Source: Ructibacterium sp. (lineage in GTDB: Bacteria > Bacillota > Clostridia > Monoglobales > Monoglobaceae). Taken from it: a DNA stretch of 64,000 bases. Below are positions 20,701 to 30,608 of the stretch, piece by piece. The stretch's first letter is position 1, and every line of letters begins with the position of its first letter. The position numbers and the translations under genes are program-made. The stretch is from contig JAZQHD010000146.1 in the NCBI GenBank assembly GCA_045540375.1, forward strand, positions 32,117 to 96,116, read 5' to 3'. Below the pieces are notes generated by a model. The model did not search any database. It saw only the letters and a program-made list of their open reading frames with translations, and was not told the origin of the DNA.

Positions 20701-23700
20701 CTAATCCACATTTTTTACAAAAGCCGCGATTGGCAAGGTTGTTTCGCCAATCAATCGTGCCGCTTCTTTTGCCCAGACATGGGCGCCGTATTCACTAAAG
20801 TGGGTGTTATCAGCAGCACCATCTACATATTTGTCAAGTTTAGCCGGGTCATATCCGGGATAGGTAGCAGGAACATGACAATACAACTGCTTGGACGTAT
20901 CATCCGTCAAGGCACCGAGCACTTGCTTGGAATAGCTATACAAGTCAAGACCGGTAACATTCAGCTCCATCGCAGTCGCCATAGCCGCTGCCGGGTATTC
21001 GCCAAGAGAACCAATGGTCGGGTCATAGGCACCTGTTTCATTGTAGTTTCTTCTGGTTATAGAACTACAAATGATAGGCGTTGCGCCCTTTGCCTTGACA
21101 CTATCCACAAAGTATTTCAGGTTTGCTTTATAATCTGCAATACTGATATTGGCTTTTTCTTTTTGATCGTTGTGACCAAACTGCATCATCAGGTAATCGC
21201 CCGGTTTTATGGTAGCGAGAATCTTATCGAATTCTCCCTTATCCTTAAACCACTTGGTGGTTCTTCCGCTGACTGCACGATTGTCAACCACAACCTTAGT
21301 TTCGTCAAAATAGTTACCAAGCATCTGTCCCCATCCTGCACGAGGATAATAGGACGCAGAATAGTTACACATGGTAGAGTCGCCAATCATATAGATGGTT
21401 GCTCTATCCTCATATACATCACCCAGTACAGGGTAAACCACCGGTTCCATCATTGGAGCGAGTTGTGCATTCCAGAGGAATACTTTCAGTGATGCAGAAT
21501 CAAAATCAGCTCCGTCAGGAAGCTTCACACTATCTGCAAAGGTTATCGGAACCGTATCGCCGGCATCTGCATTCACAGTCGTCGCAGCAGAATCGTAAAG
21601 CAATCCGCTCTCGGTATATACTGCAACATAGACAGTTGCATCATCGATGTCATCTCTTGCTTTCAAGGTAATACCGGTTAATTCGCTGCCCGGAGTTGGT
21701 ACACCCAACTGATAGGGACCATCCTGATAGCTATACGAAGTAATCAATGCTTTATCAATGTTTAGATCAATACCGATAAACTTTGTTATTTCCTTACCGC
21801 TAACCTTAGCAATGGAAACGTTTCCAAGCTCAATGGATCCGGTTTCAACCTGTATACAGTTCTGATAGATGGTGTAGGTATCATTCGACTTATCGTAAAT
21901 GACATCATAATCACCATCTTGGGTAAAGGTATAAATTACATCCTTCCCACCAAGAGTAAAGACATAATCACCCGCTTTACCGGAAGCAGTGAGCATAAAC
22001 ATTTCCTTGCTTGGTTTAAAAGTCTTTTGGGGCGATTCGTCCACACCGGAAACATTCTGATTAAAGAGAACAGAACCACCAGCAAGAACACGAGTTTTAA
22101 AGGTTCTTTCTGCATAAATGGAATTATCGGTACCATCTGTAAAAATAGCTTTCAAATTCACATAGGTATTCACCATCGGTCCGCTTACATATCCGGCAGC
22201 ATCAATCACACCGGGATTATCGCTTTCCCATGTAATATCCAGATCTCGATCCCCCGCAAGGTAATTGCTGGGAAGATAAAGATCGCCATAGATGGAATTC
22301 TGTGCTTTTTCTCTTTCGCTGGACTCTGCAACATTGGGAACCCAGGAAAAATCTTTCACAAGCTCCTGACTATAAATTCCTTTTTTGGCTGTACCAAGAA
22401 AAGCATTCAAGGTATCAGCCGCATCATTCATACTGGTTGTTGTTGCCGATTCGCTAACATAAGCAGCTTTTGCAGCTGACAAAGAAGCTTCAAGCCCATC
22501 TGGTAACTCTACGTTATATTTTTCGGCATTGTCCTTTACAATTGCCGCACCACGAATCGCCGAAACCAACTTGTCCTTGTTCAAGTAAGCAACAGCATTA
22601 GCAGCTGCAAGGGTAAGATCATCGTAAGAAATCAATTCAATGTTGTCGATATACCCAAGCACTTTACCTGCATTGGATGTGCTAGACTTAACAATCATGC
22701 CGGCAATGGCTGATTCCTTATTATTCTTTACATACTTTTCTTCGCATGCCTTGATACCGTTAATAAACAAGGTCACAGTTCCGGCAGTCGTACGGGTATC
22801 TTCCCCTCTTACTACACTCCCATCTTCTTCAGGAGCAAAAACAAGCCGGAAACGATTTACCTCTTTGGTAAAGTCAGCACCTGCAACATAGTCGCTCAGT
22901 TTTATCGTTGCCATAGCATAGTCATTTCTGTCGTAGAAGGTAGCAACTCCGGTTGTGGGATTCAGCTCAATAAAGCAGATTTTTCCACCCTTAACAAATT
23001 CACCGACATTATTGTTGGTATTTACTAATATCCGCGAAACAATATCTTCCGGCATTTTATAGTCAAAAGACAGTTCTGTCTTGTAGTGGTTAGCAATATT
23101 TATCGCATCACCTCTGATACTTCCGGATGAACTTGCAAACTGATATACAACACCATATTTTTCATCCTCTGTGGTGTCCAGTAAATTCCAATTTCCATCC
23201 AGAGCGTAGTTGCTATCCTTAGTACCATCTACAGACTCTATTTTACTTTCGTTATATTCTGCAACACCACCATAGGGAGTGAAAACACCGGCAGTTGCAT
23301 CTTCAAAGTTCTCAGAATGCAAAACCTTATACTGATAAGCTTTGGAAACCTCTACCTCTACTGCCTCTAAGGCAACCATTGTGGAATCTACAGACGCTTG
23401 TGTTCTATCGGTTGCAGTATATGTAGCTTTTGCGGTAGCAATCGCATCGCTCAGTATTGCTTGCTTATCCGCATCTAAACCGGAAAGCTTAGATTCACAA
23501 CGCCGAATGGCAGTAATCAGTGCATCATCATTGATATAAGATACTGCACCTTCCGTCTCACCTGTCATTCCATCCCAATATGCAGTCATCTTGATGTTAT
23601 CCAAGGTCCCAGCCGCATCCTTACTGGAACGATAAAGCAATCCATAAATATGGGTTTCTTTGGTATTATCTAAATATTCAAAGGTATCAATTTTTACGCC

Positions 23701-24411
23701 ATCCATATAAATATCAATGGTACCGGCATACTTGGTTTCTGTCGCATCTTCTCCTTCGCCTTCTGTTACCGTTTGTAATTCAGCATAGGGCTTTATAACA
23801 AAACGAAGTCGGTAAACATGGGAAGAATCCCATATCTCATCACCTAAAACTTGAGTCAGATCAATAGTCTTCACCGTCTCCTGTTTACGGTTAAGAATGT
23901 TTATAGTACGTACACTGGTCTCCTTATCTCCACCCTTATACGTCAGCCCCATAAACATACCAATTCCAAAATCTTCATCCTTGGTTTCTCTGCCATGGAT
24001 TCCGATTCTGGTTGTCGGTCCGGAGGCATTTTCGTCGGTGGGATTCCAGTCAGCACTAAGTTCCACAGTATAGCCATAGGTTTCAGATTCTGCCGTATGT
24101 ACACCACCACGCAAAGATTCTGTCAATTTGTTTACCGGATCAAAAACCAACATACCATAGGGGCTAGTGCTAGAATTTGTAATAGCGTAATTTTGGGTCC
24201 CCTGTCCATACCCCTCCGTCTCTGCAACTGCCTGCACGGTACCCACGGCAGTGCTTGATTCTGACATTGTGATACTGTTTTCTCCTTCAAAATCCTCTTC
24301 AAAAAGAATTTTACAAAAGGATTGATTCGTATCTTCTGCAGATGTTGCAAAAACAGGAATTACTGAAATCAACATGCAAAAGCTCAAAATCATTGCAAGA
24401 TATTTCTTCAC
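20701..24411 (-). CDS. Large secreted modular protein with C-terminal rhamnogalacturonan acetylesterase-like (CE12, SGNH) domain
   Basis: Signal peptide. C-terminal IGDST..GWGQ..NRAVSGR..MQFGHND..DNTHF. Also modules A' and B, an Ig-like DLYLP..ITWES..VI domain and a KVFLW module. Start GTG 24411 (ORF track 24420). Confidence 0.85.
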   Translation of the reverse strand: MKKYLAMILSFCMLISVIPVFATSAEDTNQSFCKILFEEDFEGENSITMSESSTAVGTVQAVAETEGYGQGTQNYAITNSSTSPYGMLVFDPVNKLTESLRGGVHTAESETYGYTVELSADWNPTDENASGPTTRIGIHGRETKDEDFGIGMFMGLTYKGGDKETSVRTINILNRKQETVKTIDLTQVLGDEIWDSSHVYRLRFVIKPYAELQTVTEGEGEDATETKYAGTIDIYMDGVKIDTFEYLDNTKETHIYGLLYRSSKDAAGTLDNIKMTAYWDGMTGETEGAVSYINDDALITAIRRCESKLSGLDADKQAILSDAIATAKATYTATDRTQASVDSTMVALEAVEVEVSKAYQYKVLHSENFEDATAGVFTPYGGVAEYNESKIESVDGTKDSNYALDGNWNLLDTTEDEKYGVVYQFASSSGSIRGDAINIANHYKTELSFDYKMPEDIVSRILVNTNNNVGEFVKGGKICFIELNPTTGVATFYDRNDYAMATIKLSDYVAGADFTKEVNRFRLVFAPEEDGSVVRGEDTRTTAGTVTLFINGIKACEEKYVKNNKESAIAGMIVKSSTSNAGKVLGYIDNIELISYDDLTLAAANAVAYLNKDKLVSAIRGAAIVKDNAEKYNVELPDGLEASLSAAKAAYVSESATTTSMNDAADTLNAFLGTAKKGIYSQELVKDFSWVPNVAESSEREKAQNSIYGDLYLPSNYLAGDRDLDITWESDNPGVIDAAGYVSGPMVNTYVNLKAIFTDGTDNSIYAERTFKTRVLAGGSVLFNQNVSGVDESPQKTFKPSKEMFMLTASGKAGDYVFTLGGKDVIYTFTQDGDYDVIYDKSNDTYTIYQNCIQVETGSIELGNVSIAKVSGKEITKFIGIDLNIDKALITSYSYQDGPYQLGVPTPGSELTGITLKARDDIDDATVYVAVYTESGLLYDSAATTVNADAGDTVPITFADSVKLPDGADFDSASLKVFLWNAQLAPMMEPVVYPVLGDVYEDRATIYMIGDSTMCNYSASYYPRAGWGQMLGNYFDETKVVVDNRAVSGRTTKWFKDKGEFDKILATIKPGDYLMMQFGHNDQKEKANISIADYKANLKYFVDSVKAKGATPIICSSITRRNYNETGAYDPTIGSLGEYPAAAMATAMELNVTGLDLYSYSKQVLGALTDDTSKQLYCHVPATYPGYDPAKLDKYVDGAADNTHFSEYGAHVWAKEAARLIGETTLPIAAFVKNVD

Positions 24412-24560
24412 TGCATTCACTCCTTTGTGGACATTAAATCATCAATTTATTTTAACAAAAAAATAAGAAAATAAGAATAGTTTTTCAAGAAGATGACGAA
24501 AATTTGAAAATAAAACGAAATTTTAACAAGTGTTTTTCATTAGAATCGTTACAAAATCTT

Positions 24561-25745
24561 CTATTTTAGTTTGACAAATGGCGTACTAATGAGATTATCC
24601 TCGCAATCAATTAATGAAGCATAACCATATGTTGCATCGTTTGAATAGGTAAAACATATAGTCTCACCTTGTAAATGGTCTGCAGTTACCTCTTGCCATC
24701 CGATTTCTTCCCCGCCATTATAATGCAATTCTTCTGTGGTAATATAATATAAAATGGCTTTCTTCAGCTTGGTATCTTTAGGAATTTGTGCAGTAACCAA
24801 AAGCTTGTTATTCTCAATTTTCGTATCAAGAATTTTTATGAAGGCATCTTTATTTTCCACCACATTTTTTGCAAAGGTATAGACCTGCTTTATACTATCT
24901 CCAAACGCTTGTCCATGCTCTAAATTATGATAGATTGCCAATGAAGCATTCGGCGTATCAAGACAAGTCGCAGAGGTTGCATCCACAGAAAAATGTCCAT
25001 CACTATCGCTATTGACATAAAGCACCGGAATCTTTGCTTTTGCCACAAAATAGGCAGGATCCCATTGGGTTGTTTTTCCCTCATCCAAGATATAGTGAGT
25101 GAAATAGGTCTTGGTTTCTGCCAGATGCCCACAACCATAAACCGGTGCGGCAAACGCCAAACGATCATCCACACCAATGGTAAGCGAAGTAACCACACCG
25201 CCCCAGGAAATTCCCGTCATACCGATTTTGGAAGAATCCACACAGGAGAGACTACGCAGAATATTATGGGCATACACCACATCAATCACATCCTGATAGG
25301 TTCCGGAATTTTGATAATCCACCAAAAAAGCAGTTTCATCCCAAGGCTTGATACCGGCATAAGGATGCCGTTTCTGTTTCGATTCAAAGTCCAGGTCCTC
25401 CTCAGGTCCACAGCCATATAAATCCGGAGCGATTGCAACAAACCCCAAATCATTCCATCGTTTGACCCAGTCTCGTTTTGCCTTACCAAGACCGCCGTGT
25501 TGTAAAATAATCGCCGGCAGCTTGTTGTCCCCTTTTCTCTTGGGAATACCTAAATAAGCAAATACCTTAGTATCCCGGTATCCTTCATAAAAAATGGCTT
25601 CAATATCACAGGTTTCATCATGAAATCCATAATCAGAATAGAATTCTCCATCGTTATTCAAAACCTCTGTTGCTTTTTGATAGGAAACCACTTTATCAAA
25701 AATCTCATCCGAGAAAATACCTTTATCAGCAAAATTCTCAACCAC
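24561..25745 (-). CDS. Alpha/beta-hydrolase esterase (acetylxylan esterase/dienelactone hydrolase-like)
   Basis: LPAIILQHGG, GISWGG nucleophile elbow, DGHF, EHG. Confidence 0.82.
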   Translation of the reverse strand: MVENFADKGIFSDEIFDKVVSYQKATEVLNNDGEFYSDYGFHDETCDIEAIFYEGYRDTKVFAYLGIPKRKGDNKLPAIILQHGGLGKAKRDWVKRWNDLGFVAIAPDLYGCGPEEDLDFESKQKRHPYAGIKPWDETAFLVDYQNSGTYQDVIDVVYAHNILRSLSCVDSSKIGMTGISWGGVVTSLTIGVDDRLAFAAPVYGCGHLAETKTYFTHYILDEGKTTQWDPAYFVAKAKIPVLYVNSDSDGHFSVDATSATCLDTPNASLAIYHNLEHGQAFGDSIKQVYTFAKNVVENKDAFIKILDTKIENNKLLVTAQIPKDTKLKKAILYYITTEELHYNGGEEIGWQEVTADHLQGETICFTYSNDATYGYASLIDCEDNLISTPFVKLK

Positions 25746-25765
25746 GAGTCAAACAACCTCCTCTT

Positions 25766-26812
25766 TTATAAATCCGAAAGATAATCCTCGATAAAATAAG
25801 CGTTACTGTATGCCGCTTTCCCATTAAAATCAACAACCTTGATGCGGAAAAACTCATGATATGGTTTGAGTTTAAATTCAGCATAACAGACTCCGTCTTC
25901 ATTTTCTGCAAAAACAGATCTTGCCGGTCTTGAAGATGATACAAAAGTAATTCTCTTTGCCCCGGGACAGCGGACCACCAATTTTCCATCTTCGATATAA
26001 AGTTCATCGATAAGTGCACCAGTAGATGCATAAAAATTACCACTTTTCAGTGCTTGCATTACCGTTTTATATTCAAGCTTTTCAGCTTTGACCATAACAA
26101 AACCACCAAACGAGGTAAACCGCGGGCTTCCCTCCTCAAATCTATTATGATTGTCATCTGCGGCTATGCAATAAATCTTTTTTCCTGTACGAAGTATTTC
26201 TTCATAAATTTGCGCGTCGTCTTCAATATTTCCCGATACATATGTGGCAAAGTTGACTATCTCCATAGCATCCATTCCCTCATACTCTGTGTATTGGTGA
26301 TACTCCTCACGCCCCCATGTTGGATGATTGTAGGTTACAAAAAAACCATGTTCTTTTGCAATCCTAATCATTTTGTTAATACACTCCACGCTATAGGTCC
26401 GTTCAAAGTCCGGCTCATTTTCATCAAACTGAACCAAATGCTTATACTTTGGTATGTTCCATCTATGATACTTTTCCCGGTGCCAGCAAACCTGTATATG
26501 ATTATCCGGATCTTCTGCCAAAAAACACAAGTGACACTTTTTAATATCCGGCTGTTCATTGTCTTCGACAAATCCATCATAGTTATTATTTATGGAAATT
26601 TCATAGCCATTGATTGCCAAAAAATTCTCATCCGTTAGTTCCTGATGGGAGATAAAAATATCATGATCCGTAAATGCAATAATGGAATATCCATGTTTTT
26701 GATAAAACTCTTTCATTTGCTCCGGAGTCAGTTTACCATCAGAAATCGTTGAATGACTATGTAGATTCGCTTTATAAAACTGTCCTTCCTGACTTATCAA
26801 ATATTTTCGCAC
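25766..26812 (-). CDS. PHP-domain phosphoesterase
   Basis: NLHSHSTISDG, AFTDHD, YNHP, ADDNH. Confidence 0.87.
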   Translation of the reverse strand: MRKYLISQEGQFYKANLHSHSTISDGKLTPEQMKEFYQKHGYSIIAFTDHDIFISHQELTDENFLAINGYEISINNNYDGFVEDNEQPDIKKCHLCFLAEDPDNHIQVCWHREKYHRWNIPKYKHLVQFDENEPDFERTYSVECINKMIRIAKEHGFFVTYNHPTWGREEYHQYTEYEGMDAMEIVNFATYVSGNIEDDAQIYEEILRTGKKIYCIAADDNHNRFEEGSPRFTSFGGFVMVKAEKLEYKTVMQALKSGNFYASTGALIDELYIEDGKLVVRCPGAKRITFVSSSRPARSVFAENEDGVCYAEFKLKPYHEFFRIKVVDFNGKAAYSNAYFIEDYLSDL

Positions 26813-26829
26813 AAAATCACTCTTTTCGT

Positions 26830-27918
26830 TTATTTATTCTCCAGTCGTGCAAGTTCACAGCACATCAGCACAAAAGCACCAACACCATGCAAATCATTGG
26901 TACTGGTAGGACGTGCAAGATAACCATCATAATTATTGACACCGGTACCAATGCAGATATTGTCTACAAAGAAATCTCCATCTTCCTCACGGGTATATTT
27001 CAACACACCCTCAAAGGCACGGCGGGCATTCTCCGCATATTCTTTATCCAAATATCCCATTCTGACACCCTTTGCCATACCATAAGCAAAAAGACAAGAA
27101 CAGGAGCTTTCTAACCAGTTTGACTCGTCGATTCCGCGGTTAATTACCTGATACCACATTCCGCTTTCTTCATCCTGATAGGAACAAACAGCCTCAAGCA
27201 AATTATTCAGACACTCAATTACCATTTCCCGTTTTGGATGGTTCTGGGGCATAAAATCCAGAATATCAACCATCGCCGTCGGCAACCAGCCAAGGGCTCT
27301 ACCCCAGAAACAAGATGCAAGACCCGTCTTGGAATCTGCCCAGGGTTTTTGTTTGGATTCATCCCATGCATGGTACAAAAGTCCGGTACGGGCATCACGC
27401 ATATATTCCCACATCAATTCAAGCTGAAGCATAATCAAATCAATATATTCTTCTTTTCCAGAAAAAGTACCATAATGCACACCTAAGGGTCCCGCCATAT
27501 ACAAAGAGTCCAGCCACATTTGGTACTGCATATGTTTTTTGTGCCAGAATCCGCCTTTGCTATTGGTATCCCATTCCAAATAATTAGGCATTACGCTATC
27601 CAATACCTTTTTGTAACGCTCATCACCGGTTTTTTCGTAGATACGGAAGAGTAAATTCATAGGCTGTAAATCATCAAATTCACGATAATGGGAATGTTCC
27701 AACACCCCTTCTTCCGTTACATGTAAATCAACCCAGTTTTTAATATAGTCAAAATACTTTTCATCTTTACAAATTTCATAATATTCTTCCATACCGCGAA
27801 GAAATACGCCCTGGTGGTAATGAAACACATCTACCGGGGGAAGTTCTTCCACCGTAAACTTTCTCATCAAGGTATCCAATGCTTTTTTCGCATAATCAAG
27901 ACTTGCTTTCATAAACAT
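26830..27918 (-). CDS. GH105 unsaturated uronyl/rhamnogalacturonyl hydrolase (YteR-like)
   Basis: FHYHQG, GGFWHK, QMWLDSLYM, GLLYHAWDES, FWGRALGW, LESSCS, DLHGVGAF. Start behind AGGAGG. Confidence 0.93.
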   Translation of the reverse strand: MFMKASLDYAKKALDTLMRKFTVEELPPVDVFHYHQGVFLRGMEEYYEICKDEKYFDYIKNWVDLHVTEEGVLEHSHYREFDDLQPMNLLFRIYEKTGDERYKKVLDSVMPNYLEWDTNSKGGFWHKKHMQYQMWLDSLYMAGPLGVHYGTFSGKEEYIDLIMLQLELMWEYMRDARTGLLYHAWDESKQKPWADSKTGLASCFWGRALGWLPTAMVDILDFMPQNHPKREMVIECLNNLLEAVCSYQDEESGMWYQVINRGIDESNWLESSCSCLFAYGMAKGVRMGYLDKEYAENARRAFEGVLKYTREEDGDFFVDNICIGTGVNNYDGYLARPTSTNDLHGVGAFVLMCCELARLENK

Positions 27919-27944
27919 ATTCCTCCTACTATCATTCAATTAGT

Positions 27945-27972
27945 TCGGGTTTCAGCCTTGGCTGAAACCCGA
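27945..27972. promoter_or_regulatory. Perfect 13-bp intergenic inverted repeat between the S-layer-like gene and GH105
   Basis: TCGGGTTTCAGCC-TT-GGCTGAAACCCGA; the T tract is only on the antisense (+) side. Confidence 0.75.
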
Positions 27973-27979
27973 TATTTTT

Positions 27980-30586
27980 TTACTTGTACAAAACGGTAAT
28001 CAAACTCTTAGAATAAGATAACTGAATAAACACTTTATCTTTTGTTGCCAAATTGTTAGAAAATGTTTCAATGTCATTTGCTGTAATAACACGAATCGGT
28101 TCTCGTTTCGTTTTATCATATTCATAAATCGTACCAATATCGGTCCGGAAGATATCATTTGATGGAGTGCTTTCCTTATCTCTAATGATATACATTGCAT
28201 TTCCAACAATTTTATATGGGGTACCATAGTTTGTTCTCTGTTGATAGCCATAACCTCTGTCAAAATGTTCTGTTGTACTATCTTTTGCACCATAACTCGT
28301 CCGGGAACTTTCATCAAACAGCAGTTTGATGCTGATTACCTGATCATTATGATCTTTTACAACACGAATAACATCCCCAACCGCCAAATCAATTACATCA
28401 CCAGATTCCAATGTAACCTGAGGTTTTACATCCTCAGCTAGCCGCAAGGATACCTCACTACCATCCTGAAAAACACGAATGGAAGAATAGTTTTCCTGTG
28501 TTTTTGCATCATAGGACATATCAAATCCTGAAATCAAGCCTGGTGCAAGATTATAGGTATCCGTATAACCCAATACATTTTCCGGCATAACAACAACGTC
28601 TGCCGTCATGTTGGTTGGATTTACACCATAGCCTTTTAGTGCCGGATAGTATTCACCATCCTTTAATGCCGTAGCAACGTCAAAAATTTCCCAATTCCCA
28701 TTGATAGATAAGTCATCAGGGACCATCAAGATTTTTGTTGCCTTACTGTCTAACATAATCTGTCCGCCAAGCATATAAATACTGCCTACGCGCATTCTGG
28801 CGTTATAGTCTTTATCTCCCGCGTTCCCGGAGGTACCAACGCAACGGAAGCCCGCATAGAATTTATCGGCAGACGGGAATTCCAGTTTGCTGATTTTTCC
28901 CTCGTTGTCCAATGCATATCGAACCAAAGACGGTTCAAAATTGGAATTAAATTTATTCAGCAACGCTTCTTCCGTCCAAACACTATCCGTCTCATTTTCT
29001 CTTACTCTAACCTTTTTCTTGGCACTTGCAATAACCATTTCGTCATTCAAGTTATAAATAGCCATCGAAAGACCGGATTCAAAGACACCTTCCGGACGAT
29101 AGGAAAAGAGATAGCCGTAGATCAGAGCTCCGTCTTCTACTTCTTTTATGAGCGCAACTCTTCCATCACTATCAAAGGTCATTTGATAAGACTTCCCAAG
29201 TTGAATTGGAGACACATTCAACTCATCAAAATGAGGAGAAACTTCAAGCTTTTTACCATCTGCTGTGGTTATGATTTGCTTTTTGCCTTCCTGATGTATC
29301 GCAGTCACCGCGTATTCTAGCGTGTTATTTTGTACAAACATAACAAGTCTGGATTGATCACTAGATGCATAAATTTCTGCAAGCATACCCTCGGTGAGGT
29401 CAGACAGTTTAAGACTTTTTCCTGTATAATCATAAAATTCATAGGATTTATTATCATCGAATTTATAGACTTTATTGACATCTTGGGAAACATATAACAC
29501 ATTTTCTTTTGTGTTTACATCAAGAACAGAACCAAACTGTGGCTCAAAAACAAACACACAATCAATGTGATTATCCTCGTTATGATCAATAACAACCAAA
29601 GTACCATCTGCCGGAAGTGTAAGTTTACCATTCTCCAGATAAACACGATCAAAATTCCAGATGTTTTTTACGGTGTCTGATACTTTTAAAGTCTTTTTAT
29701 CATCAAGTTTTATTACGCCATTTGCATAAGACTGGGCATTATTTGTTTTCAGAATTTTTACATCATTTCCAACAGGATGAACAAACAGTGCTTTCTCCAC
29801 ACCTTGTTCATTGCGAACATAGGCATCCACACGTTGTCCAGCAAGGCCATACCATTTCCCTTCTTCTACTTGGAAAGTAGTATCGTCTATGGAAATTTGA
29901 TTGGATCTTAATCCGGACACTCCATGATTGATATTTATCACAGAATCATCATCAACAACACCACGATGGATATCAACATGGAACAATTGATTTAATACAG
30001 TTTGTTTCAAATTAATATAGTTACCGTCGGCTGACTTCATCATAACAGGTAAGACCAGGGCGTTACAAATAATTTGCATTGCAGTCTTTGCGGTCAACTT
30101 CTGATTTTGGTCCAAACCATCCAGTACTGTCGTTTTGGTTCTGAGGACAAGAGAAGGCTCCAGATCATATCCTACTGCACGAACAGTCATAATCGCTGCA
30201 TCCCCGACAGACACAATATTTTCTGCTTCTAATGAGCCGATTCCATTACCAACAACAATCCCTCTGTTATAACCATACTCGGCCCAGGGAGCATATTCAC
30301 TATCAGTAGGTACATCTACAAAAATCTGTTTGGATGCAGCAGGAATATGATCATCACGAATACCGGTCATCCGGATTACCCACTTTAAAAACATCCCTTT
30401 GGTTATCTTAGAATCCATTGCAATGTATTCGTCCGCGTAAAGAATTTTAAGTTCTTCTAGAAGGCCAAAGGGAACTTCTGTTTCTGTTGCCATATCATTT
30501 GCATAATATGGAATCAATGCGTTAACACTGAAGCTCGAAAATAACAGCATCACTACAACAAAGATGGATACGCTTTTTTTCAACAT
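27980..30586 (-). CDS. S-layer-like surface protein with N-terminal degenerate SLH domains and repeated beta domains
   Basis: Signal peptide; FVDVPTDSEYAPWAEYGYNRGIVVG..VRAVGY; remainder beta-rich with no catalytic motif recognised. Confidence 0.72.
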   Translation of the reverse strand: MLKKSVSIFVVVMLLFSSFSVNALIPYYANDMATETEVPFGLLEELKILYADEYIAMDSKITKGMFLKWVIRMTGIRDDHIPAASKQIFVDVPTDSEYAPWAEYGYNRGIVVGNGIGSLEAENIVSVGDAAIMTVRAVGYDLEPSLVLRTKTTVLDGLDQNQKLTAKTAMQIICNALVLPVMMKSADGNYINLKQTVLNQLFHVDIHRGVVDDDSVININHGVSGLRSNQISIDDTTFQVEEGKWYGLAGQRVDAYVRNEQGVEKALFVHPVGNDVKILKTNNAQSYANGVIKLDDKKTLKVSDTVKNIWNFDRVYLENGKLTLPADGTLVVIDHNEDNHIDCVFVFEPQFGSVLDVNTKENVLYVSQDVNKVYKFDDNKSYEFYDYTGKSLKLSDLTEGMLAEIYASSDQSRLVMFVQNNTLEYAVTAIHQEGKKQIITTADGKKLEVSPHFDELNVSPIQLGKSYQMTFDSDGRVALIKEVEDGALIYGYLFSYRPEGVFESGLSMAIYNLNDEMVIASAKKKVRVRENETDSVWTEEALLNKFNSNFEPSLVRYALDNEGKISKLEFPSADKFYAGFRCVGTSGNAGDKDYNARMRVGSIYMLGGQIMLDSKATKILMVPDDLSINGNWEIFDVATALKDGEYYPALKGYGVNPTNMTADVVVMPENVLGYTDTYNLAPGLISGFDMSYDAKTQENYSSIRVFQDGSEVSLRLAEDVKPQVTLESGDVIDLAVGDVIRVVKDHNDQVISIKLLFDESSRTSYGAKDSTTEHFDRGYGYQQRTNYGTPYKIVGNAMYIIRDKESTPSNDIFRTDIGTIYEYDKTKREPIRVITANDIETFSNNLATKDKVFIQLSYSKSLITVLYK

Positions 30587-30608
30587 AGAATCATCCTCCC
30601 TTTTCCTT

